This document shows, one piece after another, positions 15,974-23,557 of a stretch of DNA of 32,000 nucleotides; the stretch's first letter is position 1, and each line of letters begins with the position of its first letter. Location: contig NZ_VFXM01000015.1 of NCBI RefSeq assembly GCF_006519705.1, positions 48,179 to 80,178 of the forward strand, given 5' to 3'. Under the pieces are notes generated by a model, which ran no database searches, had not been told where the DNA came from, and worked only from the letters and a program-made list of their open reading frames with translations. A program made the translations under genes and the position numbers. Source of the stretch: Ornithinimicrobium kibberense. Lineage in GTDB: Bacteria > Actinomycetota > Actinomycetes > Actinomycetales > Dermatophilaceae.

Positions 15974-18417
15974 GACGGCCTCCCCGGCCCCTCGTCACGG
16001 CGCCGGTCCGAGGCATACCGGCTCGGGGGCACCGACGTCGCGTCGTCGCCGGCGGCCGAGGGGGCGACCGGGCTGGCGACCACCGCCCCGCTCCGCCCCG
16101 TGCGGTCCTCGTGCGCCTCGGCGCTCTCCACGACGAAGAGGGTCTCCGGCTCCATCCGGGTGACCGTGGCCCGCACGCCGTGCCGGACGCCGAGCCAGGT
16201 GATCCAGATGAACGGCAGGATGCCACCGAGGAGGAAGATCACGTCGCCGGGCATCCGCATCCACTCCAGGGCCACGTTGCCGGGCTGGGTGATGTAGGCC
16301 AGGGTGCGGGCCTCGTAGTAGCCCTGGTTGACCGAGGCCCACAGCTGCATGGTGCCCAGCGGCAGGAGGGTGGCGAACATCATCCAGGCCAGACCGATGT
16401 TCAGCGACCAGAACGACAACCGGGCCAGCCGGTCGGGCCAGCGCTGCGGAGGGATGATGTAGCGCAGCGCGAACAGCGCCAGCCCGACGGCCATCATCCC
16501 GTAGACGCCCATCATGGCGCCGTGCGCATGGTTGGCGGTCAGGGCCGTGCCGATCTGGTAGTAGGACACGATCGGCAGGTTCACGAGGAAGCCGAAGACG
16601 CCGGCGCCCAGGAAGTTCCAGAAGCCCACGGCGACCAGGAACATGACCGCCCACCGGTGGGGGAAGGGCGCGCTGGAGCGCGACTCCTGCCGGGCGCCGA
16701 GCTGCAGGAACGTCCAGGCCTCGATGGTCAGGAAGGTGAGCGGGATGACCTCCAGGGCCGAGAAGACCGCACCGAGGGCCATGTGCTCGACCGGGGTGCC
16801 GGAGAAGTACAGGTGGTGCATGGTGCCGATGACGCCGCCGGCCGAGTAGAGGATCACGTCCAGGAAGATGATCTGGATCGCGATCTTGCGGCGCACCACG
16901 CCGAGCATGACGAACAGGTAGGCGACCATCACGGTGGTGAACAGCTCCAGGAAGTCCTCCACCCACAGGTGCACCACCCAGAAGCGCCAGAACTCGGCGA
17001 CGGTCAGGTGCACCGTGTTCATCGCCAGCAGGCCCACGGCGTAGAAGGCGGGGATCGCCAGCGCCGCGTAGGCGAACAGCCAGGGCATGTTGAACTTGGA
17101 CTCGGTCCGCAGCCGGGACCGGATCGCCCGCACGATGATGAGGAACCACAGGAACAGCCCGATCACCAGGAGGATCTGGAAGAACCTGGGCAGGTCCAGG
17201 TACTCCCACTGCTGGGAGAAGAAGATCGACCCCTCCGCCCAGCGGGGGCCGTAGATGCTGATGGCGGTGCCGCCGAACATCCCCACCACCACGAGCGCCA
17301 GGGCGCCCAGCAGCCCGTAGGACAGGTAGTGCTGGCCCTTGGGCTCGCGGCCCGAGATGATCGGGGCGAGGAAGATCGCCGCGGCCAGGAAGGCCGCGGC
17401 CGTCCACAGCAGGGACAGCTGCACGTGCCAGGTCCGGGCGAGGTTGAACGGGAAGATCTGGGCCAGGTCGAAGCCGAAGAAGCCTTCGAGCTCGACGCGG
17501 TAGTGCTCGACGGAGGCGCCGACGGTGGCCTGGATGAGGAACAGGATGGACACCACCAGGAAGAACCACGCCGTGGACTTCTGCGCCTTGGTGATCCCCA
17601 CCTCCCCGGGCTGCAGGAAGCGCAGGCTGGTGGTGTCGTTGCCCTTCCAGCCCAGCTTGGCGCTCCACCGGCCGTAGACGGCGAACAGGATGCCCAGGCC
17701 GGCCAGCAGCGCGACCAGGGAGATGCCCGACCAGACGAGGATGTCGGCGGTGGGTTGGTTGTTCACGCGGGGCTCGGGCGGCCAGTTGTTGGTGTAGGAG
17801 TAGTCCAGCCCTGGTCGTTCGGCGGCGCTCGCCCAGGCCGTCCACGCGTAGAACGCGGTGAGGTCGTGGATGTGCTCGGGGTCGGTGATCTTGTCCGGGA
17901 CCAGCCCGTGCCGGGTCGTCGGGTCGCCGAAGAAGTCGGCGTAGTGCTCGGTGATCGCGTCGAAGGCGGAGACCTGCTCGGGGGTGAGGACGAGGACGCC
18001 GCTGTCCTCGTCGTACCGGTTGGTCCGTTGCATCTCGGCCGTGGCGGCCTGCGGGTCCTGCACACCCGCCTGCTCGAGCCGCTCGAGGATGTGCTCGCTG
18101 CTGAGCCGAAGGTACTCGGCGGTGTAGTCCGGGCCGAGATAGGCACCGTGGCCGACGATCGAGCCGTACTGCTGCAGACCGCGGGTCAGGAAGATGTTCT
18201 GGCCGTTGGTGATCTCCTCGCCGGTGAAGACGACCTCGCCCTCCTGGCTGACCACCTCCTGGGGCAGCGGCATGGAGGCGGTGTAGGTCCGGTAGGCCAG
18301 CACCCCCATCACGAAGAAGCCGAAGATGAAGACCAGGGCGACCCCCTGCACCCATCCCTTCGAGATGGCCAGCTCGTTGCGTCCTCGCTGCCCGGCCTGC
18401 TGATCGATGGTCACCAT
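15970..18417 (-). CDS. norZ: Quinol-dependent nitric oxide reductase (qNOR, single-subunit NorB/NorZ type)
   Basis: 815 aa. The long N-terminal extension lacks a CxxCH heme-c motif ('GQNIFLTRGLQQYGSIVGHGAYLGPDYTAEYL'). The heme-copper-oxidase-like core has His ligand motifs 'WVVHLWVE', 'GTMHHLYFSG' and 'ANHAHGAMMGVYG'. Start placed at ATG 18417, because the upstream in-frame stretch has poor GC3. Confidence 0.9.
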   Translation of the reverse strand: MVTIDQQAGQRGRNELAISKGWVQGVALVFIFGFFVMGVLAYRTYTASMPLPQEVVSQEGEVVFTGEEITNGQNIFLTRGLQQYGSIVGHGAYLGPDYTAEYLRLSSEHILERLEQAGVQDPQAATAEMQRTNRYDEDSGVLVLTPEQVSAFDAITEHYADFFGDPTTRHGLVPDKITDPEHIHDLTAFYAWTAWASAAERPGLDYSYTNNWPPEPRVNNQPTADILVWSGISLVALLAGLGILFAVYGRWSAKLGWKGNDTTSLRFLQPGEVGITKAQKSTAWFFLVVSILFLIQATVGASVEHYRVELEGFFGFDLAQIFPFNLARTWHVQLSLLWTAAAFLAAAIFLAPIISGREPKGQHYLSYGLLGALALVVVGMFGGTAISIYGPRWAEGSIFFSQQWEYLDLPRFFQILLVIGLFLWFLIIVRAIRSRLRTESKFNMPWLFAYAALAIPAFYAVGLLAMNTVHLTVAEFWRFWVVHLWVEDFLELFTTVMVAYLFVMLGVVRRKIAIQIIFLDVILYSAGGVIGTMHHLYFSGTPVEHMALGAVFSALEVIPLTFLTIEAWTFLQLGARQESRSSAPFPHRWAVMFLVAVGFWNFLGAGVFGFLVNLPIVSYYQIGTALTANHAHGAMMGVYGMMAVGLALFALRYIIPPQRWPDRLARLSFWSLNIGLAWMMFATLLPLGTMQLWASVNQGYYEARTLAYITQPGNVALEWMRMPGDVIFLLGGILPFIWITWLGVRHGVRATVTRMEPETLFVVESAEAHEDRTGRSGAVVASPVAPSAAGDDATSVPPSRYASDRRRDEGPGRPS
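16003..16021 (-). repeat. 19-nt repeat copy A (CCGGTCCGAGGCATACCGG on the plus strand), encoding ...RYASDR...
   Basis: 18/19 identical to 15293-15311. It lies in the 3' tail of the qNOR gene. Confidence 0.8.
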
Positions 18418-18432
18418 GGTAGGAACCGCCCC

Positions 18433-18463
18433 GTCCTCACGTGGTCGAGGACAACCCGTCCTC
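18433..18463 (-). promoter_or_regulatory. Three-arm alternative hairpin in the qNOR leader (GAGGAC / GUCCUC / GAGGAC)
   Basis: mRNA sense: GAGGAC-GGGUU-GUCCUC-GACCACGU-GAGGAC, ending 15 nt before AUG 18417. The central arm can pair with either flank. Any function is inferred. Confidence 0.4.
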
Positions 18464-18473
18464 GTCGACATCA

Positions 18474-18538
18474 AAAGGTGCAATGACCCGGGACCATAGC
18501 CTCCGAGGGAGGTCCGTGGGGCGATTCCGGGCACCTTT
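18474..18538. promoter_or_regulatory. 8-bp inverted repeat AAAGGTGC / GCACCTTT (49-nt spacer) enclosing the CCTCC-GAG-GGAGG hairpin
   Basis: Arms at 18474-18481 and 18531-18538; inner hairpin at 18500-18512. It sits in the only sizeable low-GC intergenic gap of the locus (xdhC stop to qNOR start). Statistical significance is marginal. Confidence 0.3.
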
Positions 18539-18563
18539 CGGTCAAATAGCCGGAAACCCTTAC

Positions 18564-19718
18564 CTAGTCTTTACCTTCGGGACCTTCGTGGCCGGTGTGG
18601 ATCGGGCCCGTCGTCGTCGAGAGCGGCTCGCCGCCCCCGCCCCACCGGGTCGCGATGATCTCCGCCGCGATCGAGACGGCCGTCTCCTCGGGGGTGCGTG
18701 CGCCCAGGTCGAGGCCGACCGGGCTGCGCAGGCGCGCCAGCTGGTCCTCGGTGAGACCGGACTCGCGCAGGCGGGCCAGCCGGTCCTCGTGGGTGCGGCG
18801 GGACCCCATCGCGCCGACGTAGGCCAGCTCGGGGGCGTCGGGCCCGAGCAGGGCCTCCAGCAGGGGCACGTCGAACTTCGGGTCGTGGGTCAGCACGCAG
18901 GCCACCGTCCGGGGGTCGAGCGCGGCCTGGGCGACCTGCTCCTCCACGTACCGGTGGGGCCAGGAGACCACGACCTCGTCGGCCTCGGGGAACCGGCTGG
19001 CCGTGGCGAAGACCGGACGGGCGTCGCAGACCGTCACCCGGTAGCCCAGGAAGGTCCCCACCCGGGCGACGGCGGCCGCGAAGTCGATCGCGCCGAAGAC
19101 GAGCATCCGCGGCCGGGGCGCGTAGGAGCTGACGAAGACCCGCATACCCTCACCCCGCCGCTGCCCGTCCGGCCCGTAGCCGAGGGTGGCGGTGCGCCCC
19201 TGGGCGAGCATGCCGCGGGCGTCGTCGAGGACGGCGGCGTCGGCCCGTGCGGAGCCGAGGGTGCCGGAGGACTCCGCCCCCTCCGGGCGGACGACCAGGT
19301 GCCGGCCCAGCAGGCCGGGGTCCGGGTGCTCCACGACCGTGGCCACGGCCACGGGGACCTCCGCCGCGATGTCCGCGGCGACCTCGGCCAGCTCCGGGAA
19401 GTCCTCGCGGCCGACCCGCTCGACGAAGACGTCGAGGATGCCGCCGCACGTCAGGCCGACGCCCATCGCCTCGTCGTCGGACACGCCGTACCGCTGCAGG
19501 ACGGGGGTGCCGGAGGCGATGACCTGCTGGCCCAGCTCGTAGACCGCTCCCTCGACGCATCCCCCGGAGACGGACCCGACGGCCTCACCGTCGACTCCGA
19601 CGAGCATCGCGGCACCCGGTTGGCGCGGGGCCGACTTCCACGTGCCGACGACGGTGGCGAGGGCCACCTGGTGACCCTCCTGCCACCATCCCAGCAGCCG
19701 GTCCAGGACCTCACGCAC
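18564..19718 (-). CDS. xdhC: XdhC/CoxI-family molybdenum-cofactor insertion accessory protein
   Basis: VREVLDRLLGWWQEGHQVALATVVGTWKSAPRQPGAAMLV...GGCVEGAV (XdhC_CoxI N-domain) plus a Rossmann-like C-domain 'RMLVFGAIDFAAAVARVGTFLGYRVTVCDARP'. The GTG start overlaps the coxE end by 8 nt. Confidence 0.88.
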   Translation of the reverse strand: MREVLDRLLGWWQEGHQVALATVVGTWKSAPRQPGAAMLVGVDGEAVGSVSGGCVEGAVYELGQQVIASGTPVLQRYGVSDDEAMGVGLTCGGILDVFVERVGREDFPELAEVAADIAAEVPVAVATVVEHPDPGLLGRHLVVRPEGAESSGTLGSARADAAVLDDARGMLAQGRTATLGYGPDGQRRGEGMRVFVSSYAPRPRMLVFGAIDFAAAVARVGTFLGYRVTVCDARPVFATASRFPEADEVVVSWPHRYVEEQVAQAALDPRTVACVLTHDPKFDVPLLEALLGPDAPELAYVGAMGSRRTHEDRLARLRESGLTEDQLARLRSPVGLDLGARTPEETAVSIAAEIIATRWGGGGEPLSTTTGPIHTGHEGPEGKD

Positions 19719-20823
19719 GGGCGACCACCTCCAGCAGCTCCTCGAACGTCGCCAGCGTGTGGCCGGAGACGAAGTCGTCGACGTGCGGCAGCACCGCACG
19801 GATCCCCGACTGGACCGGGGCGTAGCCCTCCTTGCCGCGGTGGGGGTTGACCCAGACGACCCGGTGGGCCAGCGCCTGCAGCTGGCGCACCGCCTCGCCG
19901 AGCCGGGCCGGGTCCTGCCGCTCCCAGCCGTCGCTGACGATGACCACCACGGCGCCGCGGGCCGTCCCACGCCGGCCCCACCGGCGGACGAAGGCGTCGA
20001 GGGTCTCGCCCAGGCGGGTACCGCCGGACCAGTCGGGCACGGTCTCCCCGGCCGCCAGCAGCGCGCGGTCCGGGTCCCGCTCGCGCAGCGCCCGGGTGAC
20101 GTGGGTCAGCCGGGTGCCGAGGGTGAAGACCTCGGTGGTGCGGGGGGCCGCCTGCACCATGACGTGGGCCAGCCGCAGCAGGCTGTCCGCGTAGGGGGCC
20201 ATCGACCCGGAGACGTCCACCAGCACCACGACCGGCCGGGGGCGTGGTCGGCGCCGCCGGTGCCGGACCCGCACCGGCTCGCCCAGGTTGCGCAGCTGGG
20301 CGCGGACCGTCGCCCGGCCGTCGACCCCTCCGTGGTGGTGGGGGGTATGCCGTCGTCCCCGCCGCTGGGGCGACCGTGGCCGGAGCCGGGCGAACCGTCG
20401 GCGCAGGGCGGCCCGGTCGGTCGGCGAGAGCCCGGCGACGTCGCGGTGCCGTAGGACCTCCTCGGGGGAGGCAGCCACCCGCAGGACGGGCTGCTCCTGC
20501 CCGTCCACGCCTCCAAGCCCGGACTCGTCCAGCGGAGCCTGCACCGTCGTGACGGACGGCGTCTCCTGCCGGCTGATCGACCGCAGGGGGCGGCCGGCGA
20601 ACCAGGCGTTGAAGACGCGGTCGTAGGGCTCCACGTCCGCGTTGGAGGCCGTGAGCGTCCCGCGGCCGGCCCAGTAGACGGCATCCCGCCGGCCGAGGCC
20701 GACGGCGGCGCAGGCCTGGAGAAAGGTGCGCTCACGGTCGGCGGTCACGGGCAGGCCCGCTCCACGGCACGCCCGGGCGAAACCGAGCAGCACCTGGCCC
20801 ATGTCCCACCCGGTGTCGGTCAT
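19711..20823 (-). CDS. coxE: VWA domain-containing protein (CoxE-like)
   Basis: 'VVVLVDVSGSMAPY' is the MIDAS motif (DxSxS), with 'VVVIVSDGWERQD' also present, and the gene sits after the MoxR ATPase. ATG 20823 overlaps the coxD stop (ATGA). Confidence 0.85.
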   Translation of the reverse strand: MTDTGWDMGQVLLGFARACRGAGLPVTADRERTFLQACAAVGLGRRDAVYWAGRGTLTASNADVEPYDRVFNAWFAGRPLRSISRQETPSVTTVQAPLDESGLGGVDGQEQPVLRVAASPEEVLRHRDVAGLSPTDRAALRRRFARLRPRSPQRRGRRHTPHHHGGVDGRATVRAQLRNLGEPVRVRHRRRRPRPRPVVVLVDVSGSMAPYADSLLRLAHVMVQAAPRTTEVFTLGTRLTHVTRALRERDPDRALLAAGETVPDWSGGTRLGETLDAFVRRWGRRGTARGAVVVIVSDGWERQDPARLGEAVRQLQALAHRVVWVNPHRGKEGYAPVQSGIRAVLPHVDDFVSGHTLATFEELLEVVARA

Positions 20824-21725
20824 CCGGCCAGCATCCGGTCCAGCGAGGCGCGGATCCGGTCGGCGTCCTCGCGGTACTTGACCGCCGCGCCCAGCGTCGC
20901 GGCAGCCACCTGCGGGTCGAGCGTGCTGGCGCCCAGGGCGTGCAGCGCGCGCGCCCAGTCGAGGGTCTCGGCCACCCCCGGCGGCTTGACGAGGTCGGCC
21001 TCGGCCCGGAGTCGCTGGACGACCCCGACCACCTCGGCCGCGAGCCGCTCGTCCACCTCGGGCAGCCGGGTGCGCACGATGGCCAGCTCGCGGTCCATGC
21101 CAGGATGCTCGATCCAGTGGTAGAGGCAGCGACGCTTCAGCGCGTCGTGCAGCTCGCGCGTGCGGTTGGAGGTGAGCACGACCAGCGGTGGCTCCGTCGC
21201 CCGGATGGTCCCCAGCTCGGGGATGGACACCGACCACGACGAGAGCACCTCCAGGAGGAAGGCCTCGAACTCGTCGTCCGCCCGGTCGATCTCGTCGACG
21301 AGGAGCACGCACGGCGCTTCCTGCAGCGCACGCAGGACCGGCCGCGACTGGAGGAACCGCTCGTCGAAGAGCTCGTGCTCCAGCTCCGCCACGTCGCCGA
21401 CCTTCCGGTCGGGGTCGGCCATCGCCGCCGCCTCGACCACCCTCAGGTGCAGGATCTGACGTGGGAAGTCCCAGTCGTAGAGCGCCTGGCTGGCCTCGAT
21501 CCCCTCGTAGCACTGCAGCCGCACGAGGGGGATCCCCCGCAGCTGGGCCAACGCCTCGGCGAGGGCGGTCTTGCCGGTCCCGGGCTCCCCCTCCAGGAGC
21601 AGCGGCCGTTGGAGGGTGTGCGCCAGCCAGGTGATCGTCGCCAGGCCCTCGTCGCTGAGGTACCCGGTCGTGGCCAACCCCTCGGCGAGCACCTGCGGAT
21701 CGGCCATGACGTCGGACTGCTGCAT
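20820..21725 (-). CDS. coxD: MoxR-type AAA+ ATPase (CoxD-like)
   Basis: Walker A 'GEPGTGKT', Walker B 'LLVDEIDRA', 'LVVLTSNRTRELHDALKRRC'. 301 aa. Confidence 0.9.
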   Translation of the reverse strand: MQQSDVMADPQVLAEGLATTGYLSDEGLATITWLAHTLQRPLLLEGEPGTGKTALAEALAQLRGIPLVRLQCYEGIEASQALYDWDFPRQILHLRVVEAAAMADPDRKVGDVAELEHELFDERFLQSRPVLRALQEAPCVLLVDEIDRADDEFEAFLLEVLSSWSVSIPELGTIRATEPPLVVLTSNRTRELHDALKRRCLYHWIEHPGMDRELAIVRTRLPEVDERLAAEVVGVVQRLRAEADLVKPPGVAETLDWARALHALGASTLDPQVAAATLGAAVKYREDADRIRASLDRMLAG

Positions 21726-21872
21726 GAGGCGAGCATGACCGACGCGACGCGGCAGCGTCCACCCGGGTGGGGTCCTCGTGGCCCGACCGCGCGCCGGGTC
21801 TTCGGGGCCTCAGGTGCGCGAGGTCCTGGTGGGTGCCTGCCGGTGCCCGGTCAGGCGCTGCGTGGGAGGGGG

Positions 21873-23447
21873 TCATCCTGGTCGTGGTCGCTGTTGTCGG
21901 TGGGGTGGGTGGGGGGGTGGTGGTGCGGTGGTGGGTGGTCGGCCGTGGAAGGTGTCCAGGAGCGGTGGTGGGTCCTGGTAGGACTGTGGTGGTGGGTCGG
22001 CGTGGCGGGGGTGCTCGCGGGCCAGGTTGCAGCGGGCGCACAGGCCGCGGGCGTTGTCGGTGGTGGTGGTGCCGCCGTGGCGGTAGCGGGTGATGTGGTC
22101 CAGGTGGCGGATCGGGGCTCCGCACCAGGGGGTGGCGCAGTAGCGGCCGCGGGCGATGAGGGTGGCGCGCAGGTTGCCGGTGAAGGCCCGCCGGCGGGGG
22201 TCGCGCACGGTCAGGGTGCCGGTGACCGGGTCGGTGTAGAGCCGGCGCAGCCAGACCTGGGCCGCCCGGGCCAGGCCCGGGTCCGGGTCCGGGACGGACC
22301 GTTCCCCGGGGCCGGCGGTGCCGGTGGGCGGGGTCGAGCTGGCCGTACCGGCCGGCGGGGTCGGGAGGGGTGGTCCGGGGGGTGTGCCGCCGTGGACGGC
22401 GGTGCAGGCTGCGTCGGTGCACCGGCCTCCGGCCGGGCACGGCACGGGAGCCGTCCCGGTGCTCCTCTGCTCCTCGCCGGGGCCGTCCTGGGGGCCGGCG
22501 CCGGCCTCGTCGTCGACGTGGGGGTCGTCCTGGGGGTCGGTGGGGGTGAGCAGGTCGCGGGCCAGGTCGGCGGGCAGGGGCCCGTACCCGGTCAGGTCGG
22601 CCGCGGCCGGGTCGCCGGCGAGCAGGGTCGCGTCGGTGAGGACCAGGCCGACCTCGACGTCGATGCCGTCCACGACGCTGCGGCCGGTGACCCGGGCGAC
22701 CAGCTCGTCGGCCATCAGCTGGTTCAGGGTGCGCGGGTCACCGGCGGCGCGGGCGCCCTCGGCGTGGGCGCGCAGCACCTGGTGGGTCGCGATCGCCTGC
22801 GGCGCGGGCAGCCGGGCGCTGAGCAGGCCCATCACGTCCGGGGCCGGGCGCACGGACACGCCCCGCTCGGCCGCCGCCGCACGGGCACGGCCCACGAACC
22901 CGGCCGGGTCGACCTCGTAGGCCAACGCCCGGGCCGCGGCCACGATCTGCTTGGTAGAAGCCCCCTCCAGCGACCCGGCCAGCCGCGAGTCGACCTGCGC
23001 CCGGTCGCCGGGGTCCAGGCAGGTGGTGGCCTCGGTGACCAGGCGGGCCTGGGCCGGGCTGATCGTCCCGGCCGCCAGCGCGGCGAACGTGGCCGGCATC
23101 TCGGTGACCAGGGCCCTCGCTGCGGTCAGCTCCCGCCCGGCCCAGTACGGCGAGGTGCGCCGCGCGGTGGCCAGGTCGTCGGCCACCGCCCGGCCCCGCC
23201 GGGAGGCCGGGACCCCCTCCCGGGCCTGGGCGGCGACCTGGGAGGCGCCGAAGGTGACCTGCGCCCGGGCGCTGGCCGCGCCGGCTGCCCGGACCAGCAG
23301 CTCCAGCCCCTCCACCAGATCCAGCAGCCCCGCATCGTCGATCCCCGACACCCGCGCCCCCGCCAACGCCCGGGTCAGGGACCGCACCGCCTCGGCCAGC
23401 CCCGGCTCCCCCGGCCCGGTGCCGGTCCCCTCCGGTCCTGCGTCCAC
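21873..23447 (-). CDS. DUF222 / HNH endonuclease (REP13E12-like family)
   Basis: The C-terminal HNH motif is 'CATPWCGAPIRHLDHITRYRHGGTTTTDNARGLCARCNLAREH'. The N-terminal DUF222-like region is 'LAEAVRSLTRALAGARVSGIDDAGLLDLVEGLELLVRAAGAASARAQVTF'. The start is uncertain. GTG 23447 lies 11 nt after GGAGG. The in-frame stretch up to GTG 23546 has poor GC3 (TCT, AGT, GGT, GGA, GTT, CCA codons). Confidence 0.8.
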   Translation of the reverse strand: MDAGPEGTGTGPGEPGLAEAVRSLTRALAGARVSGIDDAGLLDLVEGLELLVRAAGAASARAQVTFGASQVAAQAREGVPASRRGRAVADDLATARRTSPYWAGRELTAARALVTEMPATFAALAAGTISPAQARLVTEATTCLDPGDRAQVDSRLAGSLEGASTKQIVAAARALAYEVDPAGFVGRARAAAAERGVSVRPAPDVMGLLSARLPAPQAIATHQVLRAHAEGARAAGDPRTLNQLMADELVARVTGRSVVDGIDVEVGLVLTDATLLAGDPAAADLTGYGPLPADLARDLLTPTDPQDDPHVDDEAGAGPQDGPGEEQRSTGTAPVPCPAGGRCTDAACTAVHGGTPPGPPLPTPPAGTASSTPPTGTAGPGERSVPDPDPGLARAAQVWLRRLYTDPVTGTLTVRDPRRRAFTGNLRATLIARGRYCATPWCGAPIRHLDHITRYRHGGTTTTDNARGLCARCNLAREHPRHADPPPQSYQDPPPLLDTFHGRPPTTAPPPPHPPHRQQRPRPG

Positions 23448-23557
23448 GTCCCCCACCCCCTCCGGTGGTCCAACGGCAGAACCCCTTCCCCGGCTCCACC
23501 TCGTACCCAACACACTAGAAGACCCCACCGACACACCCTCGAACACGCGTACGAGAT

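Noticed and set aside
18418-18534. Upstream extension of the qNOR ORF (MPGIAPRTSLGG...MSTRTGCPRPRED...)
   Set aside because: About half the codons end in A or T, and GC is low. qNOR homologues start shortly before the first TM helix, as in MVTIDQQ...
18460-18545. FNR/DNR-type box (TTGAT-N4-ATCAA) upstream of qNOR
   Set aside because: Only isolated TTGAT/TTGAC half-sites are present, with no acceptable second half-site. I could not support a canonical box.
21902-21917. G-quadruplex motif GGGGTGGGTGGGGGGG on the plus strand
   Set aside because: It is the complement of Pro codons in the HNH protein tail. Such runs are expected by composition in a genome of about 72% GC, so there is no evidence of function.
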